64,000 bases of DNA from Gekko japonicus. Its lineage: Eukaryota. Where the stretch lies: the NCBI RefSeq assembly GCF_001447785.1, contig NW_015160838.1, forward strand, positions 1,635,097 through 1,699,096. Reading direction: 5' to 3'. Positions 37,226 through 49,850 of this stretch are shown piece after piece; position 1 is the stretch's first letter; every line of letters begins with the position of its first letter. Made by a program: the position numbers and the translations under genes. The notes below the pieces were generated by a model. The model made no database searches and had not been told where the DNA came from. It worked only from the letters and a program-made list of their open reading frames with translations.

Positions 37226-37611
37226 CTGAAGTTGGTATTTTTCATTATGGCTGTTTTCTTCAAGCACTAACAGATCAGGATTTCGACTAGATTCTTCAGA
37301 TGCAAGAGAGTTATAGAATTCAGAACCCCTCAGTCTGCTTGCTGTATTCCAAGAGGAGTTTGCATCCATGGGTTTCTCTTGCAAATCTTCTGCATTGACA
37401 GATGGTTGCATTTCATCACATGAGAACAGGCAGCTTGGACAATCATCCAGTCCCAAAGTTCTTGAAAGCTGCAGGTTCTCAAGCCCCACATGCATGGGCT
37501 GACAGGGCAGATCAGGATTTTCGCAATCCATTGCAGCTTGTAATTGAAGTGATTCGTGTTGTTCCTGTGCCAGTCTGCTTCTACAGCAGCCATTTGCTGC
37601 AGAGCTCTCTT
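37226..37611 (-). CDS. ZNF839: ZNF839 last coding exon (partial; runs into N gap)
   Basis: Polypyrimidine CAG|AA acceptor in phase 1 matching exon 7; open frame of ~128 codons up to the gap; weak sequence similarity only. Confidence 0.65.
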
Positions 37612-37705
37612 CTGGAAAGAAATATAAATTCAAATTTCAAAAACCTTTAAATGCATATTCCTACTTAAAAGGCCGATTGAAAAATACTTTTAATTGTAGT
37701 ACTTA

Positions 37706-38616
37706 TGTTAGCAGTCAGACCCCTCCGCTTGCTGAGGGGCAGTTTATAGCCAGACAATCATAAACACCCTCTCTAAAATATCCCAAATATCATAAATGCA
37801 ATACGCTGCCTGGCCCAAAGTGACACAAAAATGGATGCCAGCCAGAGACAAGCCTGGATATTTAGTTTAGAATTGTGAGAAAGAGTGGCTGGATAGCTAA
37901 GGATTCTCTCCATACACCCTAAGGAGATGCATAATTTAGGAACAACGGTTCTTAGAACCTGTTGCGCCTCTCATTGGACTAATCCCGACAGCTTCACTTC
38001 CCCTCAACCATTTACTTAATTAAGCAACACTTAACACTATTCACCAAATCTGGTAGCTTTTCCCATCCAGTACTTGCAGGGTCATCAAACACCATTTACA
38101 CCTACAGTCAACCTCAGGAAATCCCATCAAGCGTCTCCCAAATCATTGTCTACTTCCAAAAAAACCATCAAGTTATTGTTTTGAGGGCAAATACATCAGC
38201 CTGTCACAGGCAGAGTTTTGCCCTACATCTGGAGTACTTAGCCACCTCTGTGTGTGTATTCTTGGATCCCCTGCATAACCCCACTTGTGTGTGGTCATTC
38301 TCTTTCACTCCCCAAAATGCTGGTTGTTGTGCTGCTGCTTCCGTGGACCTCTAATTATAGCCTCCTCAAAACTGCTTTCCCCCTCTCCTCCCTGATTTCC
38401 TCTTAGTTAACAAGTGTGTTTGTGTGTGTGTTGCTCTTTTATTCTGTTTTAATAAGAAAACCTTACCAGTGGAACATCTGCCTAGTTTATTTTAAGCACT
38501 CTCTCAAGGGAAAAATATCCCTCAACATAGGTGGAGAATCCCAGTTACCCCCTCTTGCTCTGTCTCCATAAAGCTAATTTCCCCAACTAATTAGGAGACT
38601 GCCTCTTAGAGTAACA
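37706..38616. mobile_element. Probable solo LTR, 911 bp
   Basis: TGTTA...TAACA ends with 4-bp TSD CTTA. Confidence 0.65.
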
Positions 38617-38698
38617 CTTAGACATGTCATCTAGCAACCTATAATAGGAGACTGCCTCTTAGAGTAACACTTAAGACATGTCATCTAGCAACCTATAA
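38592..38698 (+). repeat. Tandem duplication (53/54 bp) spanning the LTR end
   Basis: TAGGAGACTGCCTCTTAGAGTAACACTTA..CCTATAA twice. Confidence 0.9.
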
Positions 38699-39978
38699 GA
38701 AAGAGAGAGTGAGAGTGAAGTGCTGTCAAGTAGCAGCTGACTTATGGTGACCTCCCATGGAGTTTTCAAGGCAAGACACACTCAGAGGTGGTTTCCCATG
38801 CCACCCATGCATAGCAATCCTGGACTTCCTTGGTGGTCTCCCATGTAAGCACTAACTAGAGCCGATCTTGCTTAGCTACTGCAATCTGATGAGATCAGGC
38901 TAGCCTGGGCCATCCAAGTCAGGGCAAACTGAATCACAAGTACAGAACACTATTGGGGAATTTAACATTTAGATTGGCCACCATGTGGCTATAAACAAAA
39001 ACATTTTCCCTACTGGTGCAGCATTTACTCTTTCTAGTGACTTCACTGTGGCATAGTTTTCACCTACCAATGGCAGAAACCATAATCTAGTTTCAGCTCT
39101 AGCCCTGGATCTGGGAGTGCTGTGTTGGAGTATCAACCAAAACACAGGCTCAGAGAAGTGACCTGGTTGCAAGGGCATGATCCAGGGTATCAACCAAAAC
39201 ACAGGCTCAGAGAAGCTTTGGGAACATCCCAGCCTTAATTCCCAGTCCATAAAATAGAAAATGGTGCAAGGGCATGATCCAAGTTCCTCTTCCCCCTCCT
39301 CACAAAACATAAAAGTGCTTCCTGATGGTGGGGGGACTTGTGAGAAACTCATGGAGAAATTCCTTTACTGGTCCCCTGCTTTCTCCTCCAGCTTCTTGTT
39401 ACCCCTCCCAACTTCCTCTGTCCCTACTGCCGCCTCCTCCCAACTCTTTCCTTCCTCACCAGCCTTCTCCACCCTTAAGCCCTCCCCAGCTGTCCACCAC
39501 CTTCTTGCTTCCCCTGTTTCCTTGATCCCCCTCCTTTGCCACCAAGAAAGGAGTTAAGGTTGCAACTTGTCGCTGAACCTCCAGAGGAACTGGTTAGCCA
39601 CTATGTGAGACGGGCTGCTGGACTGGATGACCCACTGGGCTGATCCAGCAGGACTCTTCTTACATTTGGAAGAGGCAGGCACTAAGCACAGACCAGGGGT
39701 GGGCTGGGAGGGAACCTGCAGGTCCAGCTGCCACCTTCGCTGCTCCTTAGCAGTGCCCATTGATGGGGTGGGGTGCTGCTAAGTACCGGAGTGGTCACAG
39801 GTTGTGATACAATTACAAAGTAATACCAGCAAAAGCTATACAAAGTCCTCTGGAAAGTCCAATTCCCATCTAGCAACCTATTATACCACCTCAGCATCTT
39901 TCTATTTAAGAGCTACAGTACCCTTTTTGAATTAAATATCCTTTTAGCTAAAGACAATTTCTACAATTCAAATGGCAC

Positions 39979-40093
39979 CTTCATTTGTAGCACTTATTTC
40001 TTTCCTTCCATGGTGACTCGTGTAATCATTCATGTTCTCCTGCAGGCTTTGCTCTCTACTCCTTTTTGCAAGTGGCAACGTTTCATCTGACCT
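39979..40093 (-). CDS. ZNF839: ZNF839 exon 7
   Basis: 115 nt; RSDETLPLAKRSREQSLQENMNDYTSHHGRKEISATNE; phase 0 to 1. Confidence 0.7.
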
Positions 40094-40506
40094 CTGTAGA
40101 TACAAAATTTAGATGAATGGTTGCTGTCAAGCCACATGTTCATCCAACACCAGAGGACTGTCATACATGCAGAAATGCCTCTTAAATTTTTCAAAGCTGC
40201 AGCATGTCAAAAGGAACCATCCATTGGCATATAATCAAAATGACACTTAAAAGTATCTACATTACAAAATGTTGCAATTTGCTTTGCTATATCAATTGTC
40301 ATTCATCAATGTGGAACATGAATTCCAAAAAGAATAAACCACGATACAGTCCAATTTTATACAGAAATAGAATTACAAAGTAGAGCTATGAAGCTAAAAC
40401 TTTTTATTTTCAACCAATCTATGGTGCAAAGATCACTCTTACTGACACGAAGGTACATCCGTAAAACCAGTTAATCAGAAAGCTCCATATACTGTTTTGA
40501 TATTTA

Positions 40507-40783
40507 GAAGAAGAGGAGAGATTGGATTTATACCTCGCGCCCTTCACTACCCAAAGGAGAGCGGTTTACAATCTCCTTTTCCTGCCCCTCCCCACAACAG
40601 ATACCCTGTGAGGTAGGTGGGGCTGAGAGAGCTCTCTGGAGAGCTGCTCTTGAGAGAACAGCTCTAAGAAAGCCATGACTGACCCAAGGTCACACCAGCA
40701 GCTGCATGTGGAGGAGTGGGGATTCAAACCCAGTTCTCCCAGATTAGAGACTATGCTCCTAACCGCTACACCAAATTGGCTCT
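40507..40783 (-). mobile_element. Squam3-like SINE, (CTT)n-tail subfamily
   Basis: Similar to 12379-12657. Confidence 0.85.
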
Positions 40784-40814
40784 TAGATTAATAGGGTAAA
40801 ATCCACAGTTGTAC

Positions 40815-40949
40815 CTCAGCTGCTCGTTTCTGTCCCGAAGCCTCTGTAAAGACGTGCTCACCAACAATTTTAACATGTTCAGAGGAAGAGCCCACTTGAA
40901 TATTCTGCACTCCAAATAAATCACAATTCATTCCTAATGATTCAGCAAC
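40815..40949 (-). CDS. ZNF839: ZNF839 exon 6
   Basis: 135 nt; VAESLGMNCDLFG...EASGQKRAAE. Confidence 0.85.
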
Positions 40950-41834
40950 CTACAAAAGAAGGGTTGGTCTCATCAGGAAGTATCAGAGAGAAATAACCAA
41001 GTGTTGCTACAGTAATTACTAGAACTTTAAGGTATTGGGACATGTTACCTACACGCTTACTTTACATGTCTGTTTTACTTGTATTCTAAAGATTTACTTA
41101 TAACTTAACACAGGTACGGACTACATCTCAGGCACTTAAAGGGTATTTAGCAGGAGACCATAACTAAATGGTTCCTTCAGCTTGAGTTTAGTCTGCCCAG
41201 AATGATCCAATTATTTTTACTGCACTGCATCATTTTTGGAAAGCACACTTTTTGTGGAGTGAGGTATAGCAACAGGCAATGTCAGTTTTAGTTAACATCA
41301 CAGGCTTGTATCCAAATTCACCCTTAAGAACTTAAGAGAAGCCACGCTGGATAAGGCCAATGGCCCATCCAGTCCAAGGCACCATCAGGAGGTCCACCAG
41401 CAGGGCCAGAACGCCAGATGCCCTCTCACTGTTGCCTCCCCCCACCCAAGTACCAAGGATACAGAGCATCACTGCCCCAGACTGCCACGGCTCAATAAGG
41501 GTGAGTGAATTCTGTTTTTGTCTTTCTCCTTTGGACACCAACACTGCGTCCCACGGCATTTCCAAGGGTCTCTTGATCCTCAGCAGCTGCTTTCTAGAGG
41601 ATGCAGAGACTACAGTGGGAAGGGAGAGGTGGGACAAATTTGGCCTCCAAGCACTGTTAGCAATTCTTGGGATCCAGCCCTCAGTAAAATGTAATACATT
41701 CCATGCCAGAGCAAATGTGAACATTTTATGCCCACCTATCCTTCATCCGTCTTCTTTTCCAGCAAGTTCTGTCTGATTTAACCTGCATGCAATGTGGCTA
41801 GTAAATGTTGGCTAGCAATGAATACCCATATTTA

Positions 41835-42035
<201 letters not shown>

Positions 42036-42410
42036 CTATAAGCATCATTCACATCCACATTATAGCAACAGGAAATACTTTCAGAGATTAACTGCTGAAA
42101 GGACTTTTTAAAGAGAGTCACCGAGTCCTGTTTTTCCTCTCCAGCTCTTACTTCTCATAAGAATATAAGACATGCTGGATCAGGCCAATGGCCCATCCAG
42201 TCCAACACTCTGTGTCACACAGTGGCCAAAATCCAAGTGCCATCAGGCAGTCCACCAGCAAAGCCAGAACTCCAGAAGCCCTCCTACTCTTGCCCCCCAA
42301 GTACCAAGAATACAGAACATCACTGCCCCAGACATAGTGTTCCAGCTATACCTTGTGGCCAATAGCCACAGATGGACCTCTGCACCATATGTTTCTTCAA
42401 TCCCCCCTTG

Positions 42411-43343
42411 AAGCTGTCCATGCTTGTAGCTGCCACGTCTTCCTGCACCACTGAGAAGTGACTCACAAAAGCTCCTACCCTGCCACAAATTCTGTTAGTC
42501 TTTAAGGTGCTACTGGACTGTTGCTCTTTTCTACTAGATATAAGCTGTAATAATAATAAAAAAGCCCACTAAGGTGCCGGCACACAATTGTTGGCCTGTG
42601 CTGGGATTTGATTCCCCACCACCGGCAATATGTTTTTCCTTGGCTCAATATGTTTAGCCAATCCCCTCTTGAAGCTGTCTGCTTCTAGCCACCACCTCTT
42701 CCTGCAGCAGTGAATCCCACATATTACTGTTTGGGCGAATAAGTACTTCCTTTTATCTGTTCTAAGCCTATTGCTCACTGACTTCATTGAGTGACCACGA
42801 GTTCTTATTTTGTGCAAAAGTGAGAGAAGTACATGATTTTGTAAATTTCTATCATGTCTATCAAGAGCCCTAAAAGCTGTCCATGCTTGTAGCTGCCACT
42901 TCTTCCTGCACCACTGAGTGAGAAGTGACTCACAAAAGCTCCTACCCTGCCACAAATTCTGTTAGTCTTTAAGGCGCTACTGGACTGTTGCTCTTTTCTA
43001 CTAGATATAAGCTGTAATAATAATAAAAAAGCCCACCAAGGTGCCGGCACACAATTGTTGGCCTGCAGCTGGGATTTGATCCCCCTCCACCCCCGGCCAT
43101 ATGTTTTCCCTTGGATCAATATGTTTAGCCAATCCCCTCTTGAAGCTGTCTGTGCTTCTAGCCACCACCTCTTCCTGCGGCAGTGAATCCCACATATTAC
43201 TGTTTGGGCGAATAAGTACTTCCTTTTATTTGTTCTAAGCCTATTGCTCACTGACTTCATTGAGCGACCACGAGTTCTTATATTGTGGGAAAGAGAGAGT
43301 ACATGATTTTGTACATTTCTATCATGTCTATCAAGAGCCCTAA
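42411..43343 (+). repeat. Tandem duplication (463 + 470 bp)
   Basis: AAGCTGTCCATGC...TCAAGAGCCCTAA at 42411-42873 and 42874-43343, with scattered differences. Confidence 0.92.
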
Positions 43344-43515
43344 CCTCTTTAACCTTTCTTCATAGTGAAGGTGTTCCACCCTCTTAATCATTTTAGTTGC
43401 CGTTTTCAGCACCTTTTCCAATGCTATAATATTTTCTGAGATGTGGTCACCAGAACTATACACAGTACTCTAGATGAGGCCACACCACAGATTTATACAG
43501 GGGTATTAGGATACT

Positions 43516-43980
43516 AGGAGCCGCAGTGGCTCAGTGGTTAAGAAGCTGAACTGAGGCCACACCACAGATTTATACAGGGGTATTAGGAGAGTCGGACTCG
43601 ACTGTGCGACTGAACAACAACAAATTAGGATACTAGGAGCCGCAGTGGCCCAGTGGTTAAGAAGCTGAACTGCAGACCGGAAGGTTAATAGTTCAGCAGT
43701 TCGAGACCCAAGTGCTGTGTGATGGAGTGAGTTCCCATCTCTGGTCCCAGCTCCTGCTAACCTAGCAATTCTAAAGCAAGAAATTGCAAGTAGATAAATA
43801 GGTACCGCTTTGGTGGGAAGGTAACAGTGTTCCATGCACCTTGGCGTCTAGTCATGCCGGCCACATGACCATGGAGAAGTCTTTAGACAGCGCTGGCTCT
43901 TCGGCTTGGAATCAGAGATGAGCACCGCCCCCTACAGTCGGATTCGACTGGTTTTCGAGCAAGGGAAACCTTCACCTTTT
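43516..43980 (+). mobile_element. Sauria SINE (full length) inside CR1, itself interrupted near its head
   Basis: GGAGCCGCAGTGGC head, AGTAGATAAATAGGTACC body, ACCTT tail; TSD TATTA(G/T)GATACT. Confidence 0.85.
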
Positions 43981-44357
43981 TATTATGATACTGGCTGATT
44001 TGTTTTCCCAGCACAGCATTTCCCCTTTTTTATTGCAGTCACACACTGAGCTGACATCTTCAATGAGTTATCCACCATGACTCTAAGATCTCTCACCTTG
44101 TCAGTTACCACCAGTGTGGCCACCATCAATGTATATTTATAGTTAGGATTTTTGGCTACAGTATGCATTACTTCGCACTTGCCCACACTGAACCTCATTT
44201 GCCATGTTGATGCCCACTCCCCCAGCCAGATCCCTCTGGAGTCCTCCCTGGTTCTCACTGCCCTGAACAACTTAGTGTCATCTGCAGACTTAGCCACTTC
44301 ACTGCTTACCCCAACGCTAAATCATTAACAAACAAGTTAAAAGGCAATGGGCCTAGC

Positions 44358-44940
44358 TAGAGATGTAACATTTCCGGAGGGAAACCGGAAATTTTTGGAA
44401 ATTTTTTAAAAAATGCTACATTAAGCACTTTTTTTTTCTTTTTCAGATTGAAAGTCATTCTGTAACTTTAGGAACATAAAATATGACTATGGACATTTTT
44501 ACTTGGCATGAAATTATCACAGCTAGCATATTAAAAATATATTGTATCCAAACAATTGTTACAAACAGAATACCCACCCGCATGCAAAAACAAAACTGAA
44601 ACCTTTTTCTTTTCTTGTGACAATAGCGCCTCCTAAAGGAAGAAATGCATCTTGTTCTTGCATTGGAGAGTTCAGTTTGTAACCTAGCACTTGCTTGTCC
44701 TCAGTGCACAGAAATTAGATCAATCTGATACCATACATATTTTTTAGAAATGATTTGAAAAATATTTGAACACCTTGTCTTAAAATATTTTATTCATCTA
44801 AAATAAAATGTTCCATAATCAATTTTTCTTTTCTTTTTTCAATTTGTCGGGAAAAAACAAGAAAGACTTCAAGGAAAAACCGGAAAAACCCATTTCCCCC
44901 CCGAATTTTTCTGGTTTTTTCCTGGGCCTTCACATCTCTA
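44358..44940. mobile_element. Non-autonomous DNA transposon inserted in CR1
   Basis: TAGAGATGT...ACATCTCTA TIRs; CCTAG duplicated on both sides. Confidence 0.75.
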
Positions 44941-45231
44941 CCTAGTACCGAGCCCTGCGGTATCCCACTGCTTATCATCTTCCACCCATTTATACTCACT
45001 GTTTCCTGTTAATTAACCAGTTTTTAACCTGTTTTAACATCTACTAGGTCACCTATTTGAACCTTTCCTAATCTGCAGTATACATTGTATTTGAGCTTCC
45101 AATACTGTCATTTTAAATCATCTCCTAGCTTCCCGAAAGGATTTGAGCCTCCTTTCCTTTCAGTTTCTTCTTCACAAACCCCCTCATTTTAGAGAAGTTA
45201 CCACTTCTAAAATTAAATGTGGTTGTGTTGG

Positions 45232-45522
45232 TGTCAGCTCTGCTGCCATTGTACGTGGAGGGAGGCGGGAGGCTGCTGGATGAACAACTTAATGTGCTGT
45301 AATGTTAACTTTCATTTCTTCCGCTGTGCCTTATCTTTTATCCTGATTGGCTCAACTCCATCAGGGGACCCCACTTTGAATCCTGTATATCTTCCTTTCT
45401 CCCACCCTTAGGGTTAGTTCTAACACTGAATGTATGCACAGATGACCTGCCTTTACTGTACTCAATAAACTCGATCCTTCTGAAGGAACGTTGTTGAGAC
45501 TGATTGCTGTAGGACTCTGACA
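45232..45522 (+). mobile_element. Solo LTR, 291 bp, inserted in CR1
   Basis: TGTCAG...CTGACA ends, 5-bp TSD GTTGG, ATTGG box, AATAAA 45464. Confidence 0.85.
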
Positions 45523-46616
45523 GTTGGTCTCTTGGGGCAACTCCCTATTTACATAAATGCTAAACTTAATAGCATTGTGGTCACTGTTCCCAACCAGTGC
45601 TATCACATTTACATCTCTCACCAGGTATTTAGCATTACTTACGATCAAGTCCAGGATCCCCTCCCCCTGGTAGGTTCAATGACCATCTGCTCCATGGCAG
45701 CGTCACTGAGAGTATCTAGAAACCCAATCTCTTTCTCCTGACTTGAACACATATGGACCCAATCAATGTGTGGGTAGTTAAAAATCACCTGTTATGACAG
45801 TTATTTTGTCTAGCTGCTTTCCTTAATTCTTTTGCTGTTTAAGTCATCCTCTAACCTTTGATCTCGTGAGCAATAACAAACTCCCAGAGTTAAGCTTCCT
45901 TTTTGGGCCCACTATTTCCACACACAGTGTTTCTGTAAGTGAATCTATTTCTTATATTGTCAGTTTTCCTGGACTGTATACCCTCTCTGACATACAGAGC
46001 CACTCCACACCTATCCTTCTGATATCAGTTATATCCAGGAATCACTGCATCCCACTTAGTCTGACACTGTCTCTCTGGATAACACTGGCTGCTCTGCCCT
46101 TGCAATGCGGCGGGGATTTGCAAACAGGAATAATAGCCTTGCTTCTGTAATGCTACAAGGGAAGCTAAATACCTGAGTTTTAACAATTCTAGGGATTGCA
46201 GAGGTTGATTCCCAAAGGTTACGAACATCTGGAATGCCTTTTAATCAAAGTAGTGCATACGTCATGCTGAGAACATGACAACACAAACTGGTTGGGAAAT
46301 TTGAGTCTTTGGAGGGAAGCTACTAGCCTCTGACAAATGGCACTTCTCAGGAGAAGAATCTATTATTGAAATAACTATTAAAGCTGGATTCACAGGTTCT
46401 GATCCACTAATGGTGGAGCCTGCCTTCAGCATAAGAGGCATGCTCCACAGGAGAAAGACCCTGCTATTAGTGGAGCAAAGCAAGTGGATCCATTCTCACT
46501 TTCAGACTTCCCCTTGACCATGCCCCACTTTACTTTTGATTTGGCGTCAACCTCAGCTCCACAGCAGGAAGACTGACTTAAGGCAGTTGTCCGATGATAG
46601 TGAAATATTTCCCCAT

Positions 46617-46888
46617 GAAGAAGAAGAAATTGGATTTATACCCCACCCTTCTCTCAGAGTCTCAGAACGGCTTACAAACTCCTTTCCCTTCCCCTCCCCA
46701 CAACAGACACCCTGTGAGGTAGGTGGGGCTGGGAGAGCTCTTTCCAGAACCGTCCTTGAGAGAACAGCTCTGACAGAACTATGGCTTGTCTAAGGTCATC
46801 CAGCAGCTGCAAGTGGAAGAGTGGGGAATGAAACACAGCTCTCCCAGATTAAAGCCCACACACTTAGCCACGACACCAAACTGGCTCT
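46617..46888 (-). mobile_element. Squam3-like SINE, (CTT)n-tail subfamily
   Basis: Similar to 12379-12657. Confidence 0.85.
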
Positions 46889-47298
46889 CGACACAGCAAG
46901 AACTTACTGTGCAGACTCTAACTAAAAAGATTTCTGCAACCTCTAATTCCTTCCTTATTTACAAGAGTGGTTTGTATCATTTAATGTGTCCTGTTAATAC
47001 CTATGCTTGACTTCAGTTCTGTTTTTAGACTTCTGATTGGTTCTACAAGCCTAATTCCTATCACAGTGCTCACTGAATGTCCCATCTGGTTGAATGTATT
47101 GCCTTGTTCAGCGTAATCCGCTTCACTCAGGGTAATCCGCCTTGTCCAAGTGAGAAAGATGAACTACAAATAACATAAATAAATAAGAATGCAATGGCTC
47201 AATCAGCACATTCTTAGCCCAAAATAAACTTTAACCTGATTAAAGAAGCTTCAGCTGCTTAGACTGTGAAATTTCAAGACTTAACATTATAAACTTGC

Positions 47299-47391
47299 CT
47301 TCATAAGTAGGAATTCAAACACAGTAACAAATGCTGTAAGATGTGGAACCACCAACTCCATGAAATCTTCACTGGTGTATTGCTGAATCAG
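47299..47391 (-). CDS. ZNF839: ZNF839 exon 4 (GC donor)
   Basis: 93 nt; LIQQYTSEDFMELVVPHLTAFVTVFEFLLMK; donor AAG|GCAAGT. Confidence 0.9.
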
Positions 47392-48236
47392 CTGTTAAAG
47401 ACCACAATGATTTCTTTAGAGAAGCCATAAATCACATTGCTAAAACGCCAACTCTAAACATATGAGGATTAAGAGAGAAAGAAGGATATATGAAATCATG
47501 GAACGCAAGTCAAATCAGCGAGTAATATCAATTTTAGGAATTAGCTCCTATCTTCATTACCAGGATAGAAGCTGTTTACGGTGCATTTAAAGAAATCCCA
47601 AATGGTAATACCCAAAGAAACTTCACACTACCTATGTAGGAAACAGATGTACAAGACATATACACCATCACATGAACCACTTATGGCAAACTTTCCCAGT
47701 TGTGAACAGATACAGCACGAGCACACCATGCCAGTTTTATTTCAAACACTCCCCTTTCCTTAACCACAAGAACTGCTAATTACTATGCACTGTGTCAATT
47801 AGCTGTACACGTTTTAGTTCATTCAAATGGCACCAATGTGCATACTAACCTAATTATTCCGGCAAAAGCACACACACTTAGTTTCAGAAAACTGTGAGTA
47901 AATAAAGCTTATGGAACAGATCACTGCCGCATCTCCCCTCTTGCTGCAGCTCTGAACCCCTTCCGAATGCTGCTCTTGAGGGTCAGGGACCCTCCGGAAC
48001 AACACAAGATGCGGCATGGAAGGCTGCAGTGGGAATCCACAGCAATCATCACCTTGTGCCAGTGGAAGGCTGCCCATTGTAAAGTGAGGAGGGGGAGAAT
48101 AGATCCAATTTAAATGCTTGTAAATGGTGCACAGAAGCATTGCAATAGGTAGTATCTTAAAAGGGGAAATGCCTCTAAGCTCATATCTGCATTTTCATAA
48201 ACATGCCCTTTTAATATATCCATGTCACCCTATGAG

Positions 48237-48442
48237 CAGTGTTCCCTCTAAGCTGAGTTAGTGTGAGCCAGCTCACAGTTTTTTAGCCTCCAGCTCACAC
48301 ATTTTTGTCTTTGTTCAGGAAGGATGGCACCAGAGCAAACTAATTTAGGCAGCAGCCAAATCACTCACTCACAACTTTAGCGCCAGTAGCTCACAAAGTA
48401 GAATTTTTGCTCACAAGACTCCACAGCTTAGAGGGAACATTG
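48237..48442 (+). mobile_element. hAT-type MITE, same family
   Basis: TIRs plus 8-bp TSD CCTATGAG. Confidence 0.9.
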
Positions 48443-48499
48443 CCTATGAGCCAGGGGCACTGTTTAATATGATAAAAAGGCTTTGAATAGACTAGTTAA

Positions 48500-49170
48500 T
48501 CACAAAAAGAGCCCTGCTGGATCAGTGGTACATCTAGTCCAGCATCCTGTCTCACATAGTGGCCAACCTGGAGATTTAACAACAGGACATAGAAGCTTCC
48601 CAATGTTGCCTCCTGGCACTGAGATTCAGAGGCTTACTGCTTCTGAACATGGCGGTTCCCTCTACCCACCATGGCTAGTAGCCACTCACAGATCTATCCT
48701 CCATGAATCTGTCTAATCCCCTTTTAAAGCTATCTATGCCTGCAGCTATCACTATATCCTCTGGCAGCGAATTCCACATTTTAATCACTCGCTGTGTAAA
48801 GAAGTATTTTGCCTGTCCTATATCTACTGCCCATCAGCTTCACTAAAAGCCCAGAAGTTCTAGTATTTGGGGAGAGAGGGAAAAGTTCTTCGGCAACCGT
48901 CTCCACTCCATGCACAACTTTATAAGCCTCTATCATGTCACCTGTTAGTAATTTCTTTTCTAAAATATAAAGTCCCAGAATCTTCGGCCTTTCATCACAT
49001 GGAAAGCACTCCAACCTCCTAATCATCTTGGTTGGCCTCTCCTGTACTTTCTGCAGCTCTGTGATGTCCTGTGGAGATGCAGTGACCAGAACTACACACA
49101 GAATTCCAAATGAGAGAGACCACACCATAGATCTATACAGAGCCATTATAATATTAGCTGTTTTATTTTC
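48500..49170 (-). mobile_element. CR1 LINE 3' end
   Basis: ELQKVQERPTKMIRRLE..LEKKLLTGDMIEAYK; smaller CR1 3' pieces at ~7160-7450, 7985-8290, 41325-41485, 58130-58450, 59110-59525. Confidence 0.85.
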
Positions 49171-49335
49171 AGGCCCTTTTTCACTGCTACAGCACAGTGG
49201 GTCTAAATTAACTGACTAAAATCACAACCCTAGAGAGGAAGGTAGACTCTGGTTCTGATGAGGACAGAAAAGCAGGGTATATAAATTTTTTCAATAAAAC
49301 AAATAAAATTGTGCAATTATGAAAACAAGTCATAC

Positions 49336-49569
49336 CTCTTTTAGCCTAGCTTTCCTTCTAAATACACTGTGATGCTCTGCAGGTATACTGTTACATGACT
49401 TGGAAGGGAACTGTCCAGGTCTGCTAAATCTTCCAGGATATTTTGATCTTTCAGCATTCCTTGGGCGGCCACGGCGCCTTGGTTTCCGAGGTCTCCCCGG
49501 ACTCAAGTGTAACAAACGGATGTCCTTTTGATGTACTGCAACCGTTCTCTTTCCTCCACCTGTATCAGA
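49336..49569 (-). CDS. ZNF839: ZNF839 exon 3
   Basis: 234 nt; SDTGGGKRT...PGRPRKPRRRGRPR...RKARLKE; donor GAG|GTATGA. Confidence 0.85.
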
Positions 49570-49850
49570 CTTTTAATAGAAAACTAAACGTCAGAACAGT
49601 CTTTTCAACACTCTGGCCTTTATGTATTTATTTTCCAGCCTGAAATGATGGCAGCAATAACCTTTGAGCCCATGCCCCAAAGTACACACTTGTCAAATCA
49701 AGCAAGGAAACTCATTTGTTGAAGGCATACTATGCCAGACTGACAGTGGTCTGTGCTTACCCCATTACTACATCACTGCATCATGGGTAGAGTTTGTATC
49801 CAGTCTAGGGGTACCTCGCAAAGGGAGCCTTGACTCTTGAAAGCCTACAT

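Larger units (their letters stand above)
42157..46060 (-). mobile_element. Fragmented long CR1 with nested SINE, DNA transposon, LTR and Penelope-like inserts
   Basis: SGIPQGSVLG, ADDTKLFR, LGEWASTWQMRFSVGKC, GNSDHNAIKF segments, collinear on the minus strand. Confidence 0.85.

Noticed and set aside
41325-41800. ORFs of 130-138 aa in ZNF839 intron 5
   Set aside because: Partly CR1 3'UTR sequence; no homology or compatible splice sites
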